Assembly (NCBI GenBank): GCA_965215505.1
Contig: OZ244065.1
Location: 5,312,001-5,376,000, forward strand
Length of the DNA: 64,000 nt
DNA from: Capsulimonadaceae bacterium
Lineage (GTDB): Bacteria; Armatimonadota; Armatimonadia; Armatimonadales; Capsulimonadaceae
Reading direction: 5' to 3'
Shown: in pieces, positions 8,940 through 17,630 of the stretch
Position numbering within the stretch: the first letter of the stretch is position 1
Layout of the letters: each line of letters starts with the position of its first letter
Position numbers and translations under genes: made by a program
Notes under the pieces: model-generated
What the model was told of the DNA's origin: nothing
Database searches by the model: none
Seen by the model: only the letters and a program-made list of their open reading frames with translations

Positions 8940-9542
8940 TCAAGCGTGCCAAATGCTCACCCCGAACCGCCCCAGCAGGATGCACAGGCGGTTGAGCGGC
9001 AGCCCGACGACATTGAAATAATCTCCGCTGATCCCCGGAATGAACGACAGCGCCTTGCCCTGGATGCCGTAGGCCCCCGCCTTGTCCAGCGGCTCGCCGG
9101 TCGCGACATAAGCGGCGATGGTGTCCTCGGCCAGCACGTCGAAAGTCACATCGGTGACGGCGTGGTCCGTCCGGACCTCTCCCGGAATGCCGCCCCCGAC
9201 CGCGATCAGGCACAGGCCCGTATAGACCCGGTGCGTCCGGCCGCTCAAAAGGCGCAGCATCCGCCGGGCATCCTCGCCGTCGGCGGGCTTGTTCAGGGCC
9301 ATGCCGTCCAGGATGACCGTCGTGTCCGCCCCGAGAACCAGCGCGTCCCCCTCCGTCCGGGCGGCCACCTCGGACGCCTTGCCTGTCGCTAGGCGGGTGA
9401 CGTACTCGTCCGGTGCAAGCCCGTCCGGGGCCAGCAAGTCTTCGTCATAGCGGCTGGCGACCACCTCGAAGGGCAGCCCGAGCAGGCCCAGCAGTTCGCG
9501 GCGGCGGGGCGAGGTGGAGGCGAGGATCAGGCGCGGTGTCAC
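8940..9542 (-). CDS. maf: Maf family nucleoside triphosphate pyrophosphatase
   Basis: LILASTSPRRRELL, GADTTV, KP, DKAGAYGIQG, NVVGLP. Confidence 0.95.
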   Translation of the reverse strand: MTPRLILASTSPRRRELLGLLGLPFEVVASRYDEDLLAPDGLAPDEYVTRLATGKASEVAARTEGDALVLGADTTVILDGMALNKPADGEDARRMLRLLSGRTHRVYTGLCLIAVGGGIPGEVRTDHAVTDVTFDVLAEDTIAAYVATGEPLDKAGAYGIQGKALSFIPGISGDYFNVVGLPLNRLCILLGRFGVSIWHA

Positions 9543-10186
9543 TTCGTCTCGGCCTCCTCTTTCTCCGCTCCTGCCTTCGGGACCGCTTTCACCCGCCCCA
9601 CCTTCGGCTCAATGCCCGCCTTCAGACGCGCCATGTTGGAGCGGTGCTTGATCACCACGAAGAAGGCGACGAGCAGCGCGAACAGGACGTGCGGCAGGTC
9701 CCGGTGCAGACCCATCAGGACCAGCGACGTGACCAGCGCGGCGAGGATGGAGGAAACCGAGATGTAGCGGGTGACCAGCAGGCACAGCCCCCAGACCGTA
9801 AACCCGATGGCCGCCGCCGGCACCGACAGGCCGTAGACGACGCCCAGCGAGGTCGCCACGCCTTTGCCGCCCTTGAAGCGCAGGAACGGGCTGAAGTTGT
9901 GCCCCAAGATCGCCGCCAGCCCCACCAGCACCGGCAGCCACGGACCCGCCCCATGCACCCGCCCGGCCAGAAGCGTCGGGAAGAACCCCTTGCAGAAGTC
10001 GAACAGGAAGACCGCCACCCCCCACAGCGGCCCCATCGTCCGCCAGACGTTCGACGCCCCGATGTTGCCGCTCCCATAGTCCCGGACATCAATGCCCTTG
10101 ACCATGCGCCCCACCAGCAGCCCGATGGGGAGCGCGCCGAACAGGTAGGCGACCAGGATGAAGACCACGGAATGCAGGAGTGTCAT
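9539..10186 (-). CDS. plsY: Glycerol-3-phosphate acyltransferase PlsY
   Basis: GSGNIGASNVWR, DFCKG, GHNFS...KGGKGVAT, KHRSN. Confidence 0.95.
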   Translation of the reverse strand: MTLLHSVVFILVAYLFGALPIGLLVGRMVKGIDVRDYGSGNIGASNVWRTMGPLWGVAVFLFDFCKGFFPTLLAGRVHGAGPWLPVLVGLAAILGHNFSPFLRFKGGKGVATSLGVVYGLSVPAAAIGFTVWGLCLLVTRYISVSSILAALVTSLVLMGLHRDLPHVLFALLVAFFVVIKHRSNMARLKAGIEPKVGRVKAVPKAGAEKEEAETK

Positions 10187-10282
10187 GGGAGGGATTGTAC
10201 TCGGAAGCGTCAGGGCATTCGATTAGCCCCATTATACCCACTTGAAGTAACCTGAAATAGTTCCTATTTTCTACAGAAGCTA

Positions 10283-10312
10283 TTGACTTTGTTCGGAACA
10301 CCCGCGTATAAT
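10283..10312 (+). promoter_or_regulatory. Sigma70-type promoter
   Basis: TTGACT (10283-88), 18-nt spacer, TATAAT (10307-12). Confidence 0.65.
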
Positions 10313-10423
10313 GCTTGTGTTCCCTCCCTTCCGGCTGTACCGACCATTCCCGGCGCACTGTAGCGCTACGCCTGTTGACTGTTGTTGACCCAAGCGGAGT
10401 AATCAGATGCCACACCAGCTTTC

Positions 10424-10489
10424 TCGCGCCCGCCTCTTCGCGCCCGCCTCTTCGCGCCCGCCTCTTCGCGCCCGCCTCTTCGCGCCCGC
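10424..10489 (+). repeat. 14-nt tandem repeat (TCGCGCCCGCCTCT)x4 plus 10-nt partial
   Basis: Units at 10424, 10438, 10452, 10466; partial at 10480. Confidence 0.95.
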
Positions 10490-10870
10490 TCGCTAGTCTC
10501 ACCCCTCTCGCCGTGGCAGTCCTCCTACTGTTCTGCACGCTTGCGGTCCTCCTGGGGGCGAGGCCGGCTCAGGCCCAGGCCCCCGGCGGAGGCGGGGGGC
10601 CGGTGGGAACGGCTGGCATAGACGTAGGGACTGTCGAAGGCCTCACCATCACCACGACTGTTGATGGCACCCCTGGCGTGACCACCCCCGTCAACGTGGA
10701 TGCTCCGTTCACGGCCACAGCATCCGCCGGGACCCCAAAGTTCTCTGCCGGGTTGACGCCTGGGTGGACCATTCAGGGTGATGCGACCTATTACTGGTAC
10801 ACCAACGGAGCCGCCCCCGGTGCCCAAGCTGCCGCCGCCCCCGGCCCCCGGTCTGACGCCGCACCCGCCG

Positions 10871-10924
10871 CCCCGCCCCCCACCTACTCCCCGCCCCCCA
10901 CCTACTCCCCGCCCCCCACCTACT
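10871..10924 (+). repeat. 18-nt in-frame tandem repeat (CCCCGCCCCCCACCTACT)x3 encoding PPPTYS
   Basis: Units at 10871, 10889, 10907. Confidence 0.95.
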
Positions 10925-11869
10925 TCCCGGCGAATGCTGCTAAAACCACCGTCACCATCCCCGGAGGCGGCCCCGTTATCGCGAGTGGCTATGTCGTGAC
11001 GATCAACTGTGCGGTCACCTATGCGGCTTTGAGTCCCGACAAGAAGCAGCCCGGCTACCTGACGTCAACCGTCTCCAAGACCATCCCCGTCTATGTCATC
11101 GGTGGACCCATCTCGGGGGACAACGACATCTACTGGTTTTGCGACTCCAGCTCCTATGGCGATTGGGGTCACTTGTCTGCCGCAGGGGCCAGTCCGCCTC
11201 TGCCGCAGGGGGGCTAGCCTGCCGGAACGACCTACTCCTGGTCGCTTACTGGCAACGGCGCTCAGTTTCTTGCGGGTATAACCTCTGCGAAGGCCACCTA
11301 CTGCGGGTCGGGTGGTGGAAGTCATCACCCAGGCGATGAAAAGGCAACCGTCACCTACAGCCTCAACAACGTCACGGCCACCAGCGATCCGTTTCCCATC
11401 ACAGTCCATGCGCCCATGACATTTACAATTATGGCAAGAACGCCTGCGGTAAAGTATGCCTATGGTTTCGATGGGCAAACTCTTACATTTCAGGTTTTAG
11501 ATAGTCTTGGCTACCTCTACTCACCCGATAAACATAAAGCTTATTGGTCTGAGTCATGGAAGCAGGACCCAATTATTGGTGGTGGGCAGCCTACTATTAC
11601 TGGCGGTGAACCGTTGGACGGAAAAAGTCAGGGCTATGATGGCTTTTCCAGTCCTACTGGATTGAATGCACCTAGCAATCCAGCTGATCCCTATGGAGAC
11701 AGGGTATGGGGACCCCTGACGCATAAATATAGCATTACAGACATCGGAAGTACGGGCGGAGACATCGGCTGTCCGATACAGACCTACACAGATGTGTATT
11801 ACTACACCTACCAGATGACGGGCAACGGCTTTGCCCCGAAGCCATCAACACCATAGGAAGAGCCATAAC

Positions 11870-13102
11870 ATGAAACACAATCTTGGCATCGGCATCTGCT
11901 GCCTCCTCTGCTTCCTGGTCTGCCAGGCGGGTGCCCACGCGCTGGGCCATCCCAACCCTGAACTGCCTGTTCTCGTTCAAGGAGCAGATGCGGTTTGCAT
12001 CGGGCGGGTCACACAGATAGAGGACTTTGGTCCTACCCAAGTAGATTTAGGCTACAGGAACAGCTATACTAACAAACCTGCTCCGACCGTTGCCACAGAA
12101 GCGGTCGCCGACGTTACTGTGCGGAGCGTACTGAAGGGCAGAATCAGCCAAAAGTCAATAAAGGTGGCGTTTTACAAAAACGTGCATCAGGGTGAAAATC
12201 CGACGTTCTTCACGGAGTTGGCGGCGGGCGAGACGGACGTCATCTTTATGAAGGTGACGGACGACGGAACGCACTTCTCCTTGTTGGAGCCAAACTCGGC
12301 TGGCAAGTCAAAGATCGCCCTCGGCGATGCTAAGATCGGCCCCATCCCGGCGACAACTCCGCCCCTGCGTGCTGTCCTTCTGGCACTCACAGATGCCCTC
12401 AGCGGCGGCAGCAAGCCGGTGAAGATGGACTGTCTGGACCGGATCGGGAGCGCCGGCTACCTCCTCTACGCTAAAGCCGGTGTCTACGTTGATAAGACGG
12501 CAGTCATGCGGCGTTCAGATCTGGGAGAGTCTCTGATGGCGGAGGGTGTCCCGTCCAGCCTGGAGGAGTTCATCCGAGCCAAGGTGCTTCCTACGATCCT
12601 GACGCTGACGGCGGACAAAGACACCGATCTTCGTGACAATGCCATCATTGCGGCGGGGAACCTTCAGGATGTAGACGTGATCCCGGCCCTCGCCAAACTC
12701 GCGGACAAGCAGTACCAGCCAGGGGAGCAGGGGATAGCCGCCTCTATCTTTAGATTTTACCGCAACCCGGACGCGACGCGGGCGCTAGCGAACGTGCTAA
12801 GTGACAGCAACCCGAACGTGAGGTCGCAGGCGGCGGCTGCGCTCCGCGAGTCGGCTGACCCCGTAGCCGTACCTTCTCTGCTGGACCATCTGGATGATCC
12901 CGACCCGTGGGCAAAATACTACATTGTGACGGCCTTGTACACGGCCACGAACACGCCGGAATTTCCCGGAACCGTGATCTTCCAGGCAGACGGAGACAAG
13001 TATGTCTCGCTTATGAAAAAGTGGGCATCCGAGCATCAGGAGAAAGTAGCGCTCTTGCGTGAGCAGTTCCTAGCCCCCTTGCCGGCCAAAACTGTCCATT
13101 GA
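11870..13102 (+). CDS. Exported HEAT-repeat protein
   Basis: Signal peptide MKHNLGIGICCLLCFLVCQAGAHA; HEAT repeats LSDSNPNVRSQAAAAL, AVPSLLDHLDDPDPWAK. Confidence 0.75.
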   Translation: MKHNLGIGICCLLCFLVCQAGAHALGHPNPELPVLVQGADAVCIGRVTQIEDFGPTQVDLGYRNSYTNKPAPTVATEAVADVTVRSVLKGRISQKSIKVAFYKNVHQGENPTFFTELAAGETDVIFMKVTDDGTHFSLLEPNSAGKSKIALGDAKIGPIPATTPPLRAVLLALTDALSGGSKPVKMDCLDRIGSAGYLLYAKAGVYVDKTAVMRRSDLGESLMAEGVPSSLEEFIRAKVLPTILTLTADKDTDLRDNAIIAAGNLQDVDVIPALAKLADKQYQPGEQGIAASIFRFYRNPDATRALANVLSDSNPNVRSQAAAALRESADPVAVPSLLDHLDDPDPWAKYYIVTALYTATNTPEFPGTVIFQADGDKYVSLMKKWASEHQEKVALLREQFLAPLPAKTVH

Positions 13103-13110
13103 AGCCACCC

Positions 13111-13185
13111 ATGAAAAACCCGCCCGGTGCAGACATGAAAAACCCGCCCGGTGCAGATATGTATCTGCACCGGGCGGGTTTCTTG
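13111..13185. terminator. Long perfect hairpin (probable bidirectional terminator) with a 24-nt tandem duplication of its left arm
   Basis: ATGAAAAACCCGCCCGGTGCAGAY x2 (13111-13158); AAACCCGCCCGGTGCAGATA / TATCTGCACCGGGCGGGTTT inverted repeat between convergent genes. Confidence 0.75.
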
Positions 13186-13188
13186 TTT

Positions 13189-13788
13189 CTATTGGCTTCT
13201 GGCGGGTTCCCAATCAGTAGCCGCAGCCCACCCCTCCGCCGCCGCCATGATCAGGTCGCAGGCGGGGTCTTTGACCGCATAGTACGCATCAACATCGTCA
13301 GGGTGCAGGCGGGCGAGTTCGCGCTTGATCTGGTCGTAGCTTCCAGCAGCCGAGGGATTGGACCGGAGGAAGTCGCGGAACAGCAAGGCGTAGCGCTGGT
13401 TTGCCGCGCCGGCCACGCGCACATGGATGTGAACGCGCCGCGTCCCCTCGCGCTCACGGCAATAGCGTTTCTGCCACTCAGCCTCGGGCCGCTCGTCGCC
13501 TGCGGGCCGATGGTCTTCCCAGACGCCGTCGCGCATCGGGTATTCCGCCGCCAGAAATGCGGCGCTCAAAGGTTCCTCTGGAAAGAGGCTCGCCACGGTG
13601 ACCTGAACATCCACGATGTCTTTCGCGCCCAGCCCCGGCACGGAAGTCGAGCCGATGTGGTCAATGCGTAAGGCGAGGGGGCCGAGGGCTTGTCGGAGGG
13701 AGCTTTCCATCTGCCGGAACTCGGCGGCCCAGCGGGGCTGATGGGGAAGGATTTCGATCTCGCGCATGGTCATTCCACTATGCGTCAT
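13189..13788 (-). CDS. GrpB family nucleotidyltransferase-fold protein
   Basis: IDHIGSTSVPGLGAKDIVDVQV, HIHVR, LLFRDFLR, Y..KDP. Confidence 0.9.
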   Translation of the reverse strand: MTHSGMTMREIEILPHQPRWAAEFRQMESSLRQALGPLALRIDHIGSTSVPGLGAKDIVDVQVTVASLFPEEPLSAAFLAAEYPMRDGVWEDHRPAGDERPEAEWQKRYCREREGTRRVHIHVRVAGAANQRYALLFRDFLRSNPSAAGSYDQIKRELARLHPDDVDAYYAVKDPACDLIMAAAEGWAAATDWEPARSQ

Positions 13789-13814
13789 TCTATCATGCTC
13801 GCCGGAATGAGCGG

Positions 13815-14414
13815 TCAGGCCAGGGTCATATAGCGGAGGATGCCTAAAATCTTGTCCACGTCTTCAATGAAATACTCCGCCAAGTCCGCTTCAGCGTGAA
13901 GCCCGCGCAGGCGCAGGAAGCGCCAGTTCGTGCCGCTGGTCACTGCGCCGTATAGCACGTCACGGGGTTTACCGTCGCGGACATTGACCAGCGCGGCGGC
14001 ATACATCTCGGCGATGCACTGGGCGACCCCGGCAGTTAAATCCTCGCGCTTGGCCTCCACGACGGCCAGGATCGGTGCGGTGACGGCGAGCAGGGTGGGG
14101 GATCGGGAAACCAGAAAATCGCAAAAGCCGTACAGGCCGAGCGCAGGGTCGGCGCTCATCTCGACGCCGGAAAAGACGGCGATCTCATGTCCCGCCTGCT
14201 CCCGCAGCTCCACCAGCAGCGGCGCGATGATCATTTCCGACCGCGCTTTTTCCGTACCCTGCCCCCGCACGATCGGCAGGTGACGCTTGAGAAGGGTGTG
14301 AAAAAAGTCGGAAACGGGCAGCGAAGGCACATCGGCAAAAAGGTCGTCGGCGTCCGAGACCGTGATGCCGAACCGGTCCGCCAGAAGCCGCAGGGTGAAC
14401 TCGCTGTACGCCAT
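13815..14414 (-). CDS. Conserved hypothetical protein, PD-(D/E)XK nuclease-like fold
   Basis: MAYSEFTL start; EKARSEMIIAP, GFCDFLVS...VVEAKRE, QCIAEM, YGAVTSGTNWRFL. Confidence 0.7.
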   Translation of the reverse strand: MAYSEFTLRLLADRFGITVSDADDLFADVPSLPVSDFFHTLLKRHLPIVRGQGTEKARSEMIIAPLLVELREQAGHEIAVFSGVEMSADPALGLYGFCDFLVSRSPTLLAVTAPILAVVEAKREDLTAGVAQCIAEMYAAALVNVRDGKPRDVLYGAVTSGTNWRFLRLRGLHAEADLAEYFIEDVDKILGILRYMTLA

Positions 14415-14424
14415 GAGACTTGTC

Positions 14425-15897
14425 CTACTTCGCGTTGACCGGCATCTCCAGCGCGAACTTGGAGACCCGCACATGCGGAGGGATCTCGATGGGGTACTTG
14501 CCGTCGAAACACGCCCGGCAGAACTTGTCCTTGTGGATGCCGATGGCCCGCGCCACCCCGTTCAGGCTCAGATAGCCCAAACTCGTCGCGCCGATCATCT
14601 GCCGGATCTCCTCGACGGTGTGCTTGGCGGCCACCAAATCCTGCTGGTTCGCCATGTCAATGCCGTAGAAGCACGGGTACTGCACCGGCGGGGCCGTGAT
14701 CCGCACATGCACCTCAGCAGCCCCGGCATCGAACAGCAGCTTGACCACCTGGCCCGTCGTCGTGCCGCGCACGATGCTGTCATCCACCATGACCACCCGC
14801 TTGCCCGCCAATGCCTCCTTGATCGGCATCAGCTTCATGCGGACGCCCGCCTCGCGCATCCTCTGGTCGGGCTGGATGAATGTCCTCTGAATGTAGCGGT
14901 TCTTGACCACCCCCTCGCCGTAGGGGATGCCGCTGGCCTCCGCGAACCCGATGGCGGCGGGCGTCCCCGTGTCCGGGATCGGCATGACCATGTGCGCCCC
15001 CTCGACGGGGTGTTCCCGCGCCAGTTCCTGCCCCATCCGGCGGCGGCAGTCGTGCAGGCCGCGGCCGTAAATGGTGCTGTCCGGGCGGGCGAAGTAGATG
15101 AATTCCAGCATGCAGGTCGCGCGCACCGTCACCGGCGTCACCTGACGCTCGCGCATCCCGTCCTTGTCAATGATGATCATCTCGCCCGGCTCGACTTCGC
15201 GGAGGAACTGCGCCCCCACCGTGTTCAGCGCGCACGTTTCCGAGGCCAGGACGTAATTCTTGCCGTCGTGCAGGCCCAGGCAGAGCGGGCGGTTGCCGAC
15301 CGGGTCACGGATCGCGATCAGGGCGTCTTCGGTCAGGATGACCACCGAGTAAGCCCCCACCAGGCGCGTCATCGTGTGGGCGACCGCGTCCTCCAGCGAC
15401 TTGTCCTGCTGGGTGGCGATCATCCGGGCGATGACCTCGCTGTCGTTCGTGGTCTCGAACGGGACGCCCTCCGCCTCCATCTCCGCCCGCAGCTCTTCCG
15501 TGTTGACGAGGTTGCCGTTGTGCGCGACCGCCACCGTGCCGTCGCCCCAGGCGCAGTGCAGGGGCTGGGCGTTCCGCAGGATGCTCGAACCCGTCGTGGA
15601 GTAGCGCGTGTGGCCGATGGCGATGTGGCCCTTGAGTTGGGCGATGGTGTGCGAATCGAAGACCTGCGTGACCAGGCCCATTTCCTTGTACCACTTGATG
15701 TCGTGGCCGTCGGACACCATGATCCCCGCCGACTCCTGGCCCCGGTGCTGCAAAGCGAACAGGCCGAAGTAGGTCAGGCGGGCGACATCCTCCCCAGGCG
15801 CATAGATGCCGAAGACCCCGCACTCCTCGCGGGGCGTGTCGTCTTCCGCCGCCGGGTCCCAGATCCCCGCATCAAGGTTTGTTTCTACATCAAGCAT
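14425..15897 (-). CDS. purF: Amidophosphoribosyltransferase
   Basis: EECGVFG, LQHRGQESAG, HTRYST, VDDSIVRGTT, Fe-S cysteines CFYG and FCRAC. Confidence 0.97.
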   Translation of the reverse strand: MLDVETNLDAGIWDPAAEDDTPREECGVFGIYAPGEDVARLTYFGLFALQHRGQESAGIMVSDGHDIKWYKEMGLVTQVFDSHTIAQLKGHIAIGHTRYSTTGSSILRNAQPLHCAWGDGTVAVAHNGNLVNTEELRAEMEAEGVPFETTNDSEVIARMIATQQDKSLEDAVAHTMTRLVGAYSVVILTEDALIAIRDPVGNRPLCLGLHDGKNYVLASETCALNTVGAQFLREVEPGEMIIIDKDGMRERQVTPVTVRATCMLEFIYFARPDSTIYGRGLHDCRRRMGQELAREHPVEGAHMVMPIPDTGTPAAIGFAEASGIPYGEGVVKNRYIQRTFIQPDQRMREAGVRMKLMPIKEALAGKRVVMVDDSIVRGTTTGQVVKLLFDAGAAEVHVRITAPPVQYPCFYGIDMANQQDLVAAKHTVEEIRQMIGATSLGYLSLNGVARAIGIHKDKFCRACFDGKYPIEIPPHVRVSKFALEMPVNAK

Positions 15898-15949
15898 ACG
15901 GCGAGTATTATACCTGATTCGCTGACGCCGAATACGCGTCTATCTTGAT

Positions 15950-16846
15950 TCACCCGCCTACCGTCGCAAAGTAGTGGTCAAAGAAGGCTTCGGCCTCCAC
16001 CGACGTCGCGATCTCGTGCGGTTTTTGCGGCGCGTTGTCGTCGAAATACGTCTGCCCCAGCCCGCGCAGGCTGGTCAGCTCGACCTCGACCCGCTGCGGC
16101 TCCAGGACGCACAGCGACGGCTCGAAGATCAAAGCCGCCGCCAGCGGGTCGTGGAACGTGATCTGCGGCGTGTGCCGGAACCAGACTTCCGCCATGTCCA
16201 GCACCAAGTCCAACGGCGGCCCCGCCCGCGTGAACCGTTCGCGCACTTCCTCCGAGGGCATCCGGCACCGCATCGTCACATCCAGTCCCACCGCGACCAG
16301 CCTGGGCACGGGGGCGTTGAAGACGATGGCGGCGGCGTGGGGGTCGTTGCGGATGTTCCACTCGGCGTTCGTGTGGTCATACCCGCGCCCGTAAAAGACC
16401 CCGCCCATGACGATGAGCTGCCTCAGCAGCGTAGGAATTTCCGGGTCCAGCGCGAACAAAACCGCGAGGTTCGTGAACGGTCCCGTCGCCAGCAGGGTGA
16501 TCTCGCCGGGCCGGGCGCGGATCGTCTCGCGCAGGAAGTCTATCGCCGTTGGGGCCGGCCCGAACTCCCGCTGTTCCCGCCCCGCCAGCACCTCCGCCTG
16601 CGCCGCCTGCGGCTGGAGCGAAGGGACAAGCAGCGGCACGGCCAGACCCACATGGACCGGCACGTCATCGCGCCCCGCCCCCCGAACGATGGCGTCCGCC
16701 AGCGCCGCCCGCTTGTCCGGCTCGCCCGTGACGGTCGTGATGCCCAGCATCTCGCAGCGCGGCTGCCGGAGCAGATACGCCAGCGCGACCGCGTCGTCGA
16801 TGTCCGAGCCGATGTCTGTGTCGAAGAGTATCGGGATTGTGTCCAT
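15950..16846 (-). CDS. Nucleoside hydrolase (IU-NH family)
   Basis: DTDIGSDIDDAVAL, GPFTNLA, AEWNIRNDP, GLDVT, HDPLA. Confidence 0.92.
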   Translation of the reverse strand: MDTIPILFDTDIGSDIDDAVALAYLLRQPRCEMLGITTVTGEPDKRAALADAIVRGAGRDDVPVHVGLAVPLLVPSLQPQAAQAEVLAGREQREFGPAPTAIDFLRETIRARPGEITLLATGPFTNLAVLFALDPEIPTLLRQLIVMGGVFYGRGYDHTNAEWNIRNDPHAAAIVFNAPVPRLVAVGLDVTMRCRMPSEEVRERFTRAGPPLDLVLDMAEVWFRHTPQITFHDPLAAALIFEPSLCVLEPQRVEVELTSLRGLGQTYFDDNAPQKPHEIATSVEAEAFFDHYFATVGG

Positions 16847-16900
16847 GCTCCGCCGGTTCGCCGCCGCCCGCCGTTTTTCCTGCCGGGCGTGTGCAAAGAA

Positions 16901-16932
16901 GGGCACCGGCCATGAATGGCCGGTGCCCCTGC
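16901..16932 (-). repeat. REP-like palindrome (GCAG + GGGCACCGGCCATTCATGGCCGGTGCCC on minus strand)
   Basis: 13-bp perfect inverted repeat; core identical to the palindrome at 17610-17627. Confidence 0.75.
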
Positions 16933-16942
16933 CCCCCCGCTT

Positions 16943-17356
16943 CTACGCCGCCGGAGGCTCATCTATCAAATGCTGCCGCAGATAGGCCACCGCATGGGCC
17001 GCCTCGGAAGCGTTCAGCGTGTGCGCCGTGTAGCCCGGCTCCCAGTAGATGGCTATCTCCTTGGAATTACCCGTCATCAACCTTCGCAGCAGCGCCAGCG
17101 CCTCCTGCGCCGCCCCGTGCGCGATGCGGAGCAGATCGGTGATGGGAAGCGAGGCTGGGAAACTCGCGATCATGTCCATCTGACAGGGAGTGGCGCTGAT
17201 GGCGAGAACGCGGCAGAAGTGGGAGCGGATGCCGGTCCGCACGGCCAGGATGGCCGCCTGCCGGAGCTGATCATCCTCCAGAAGCGGCCTGCCGTTTTGG
17301 GTCCGCCAGGTGAGATGAACGAACAACTGCACGTCCGTGGCCTGTAGGTGTCGCAT
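16943..17356 (-). mobile_element. IS200/IS605 TnpA (Y1)/RAYT-like protein with degenerate HUH motif
   Basis: LFVHLTWRTQNGRPLL, VLAISATPCQMDM (expected ..PDHVHL), YWEPGYTAHTL, AVAYLRQH (catalytic Tyr helix). Confidence 0.7.
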
Positions 17357-17526
17357 GGGTTCTTGTGTCTCCTGACTGAAATCATCTGAGACGAGAAACC
17401 CAATAGTTCTAGCAGGGCCTACCAGGAGTCTGACTGCACTCACTAGCAATTATCATGCCAAACGCCACTAATCATAAGAAAACAAAGGGTTGTTTCTACT
17501 GTTGTAATAGGGCTTGCACACAAAAG

Positions 17527-17627
17527 GGGGGCGAACCCATGGTTCGCCCCCTTATATCCATTCCGAAGCCCAGAAGGGGCGGCCCGTCCGTGTAGACCGG
17601 CCATGTAGACCGGCCATTCATGGCCGG
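17527..17627 (+). repeat. Cluster of REP-like palindromes including a GTAG-type REP
   Basis: GGGGGCGAACC-CAT-GGTTCGCCCCC (17527-17551); GTAG-A-CCGGCCATTCATGGCCGG (17605-17627) preceded by a 13-nt duplication. Confidence 0.75.
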
Positions 17628-17630
17628 GGC

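Larger units (their letters stand above)
10407..11856 (+). pseudogene. Secreted Thr/Pro/Gly-rich beta-strand protein, interrupted by an out-of-frame tandem repeat near the start and an in-frame TAG at 11215-11217
   Basis: SD GGAG then ATG 10407; hydrophobic signal peptide ending ARPAQA-Q in a different frame; ORFs 10315-11217 and 11416-11856 are one frame separated only by one TAG. Confidence 0.6.

Noticed and set aside
10424-13185. Tandem and direct repeats as a CRISPR array
   Set aside because: The units are contiguous with no unique spacers, and no cas genes are present.
16943-17356. Active IS200/IS605 element with TnpB or omega-RNA
   Set aside because: No tnpB or iscB is adjacent and the HUH motif is lost.
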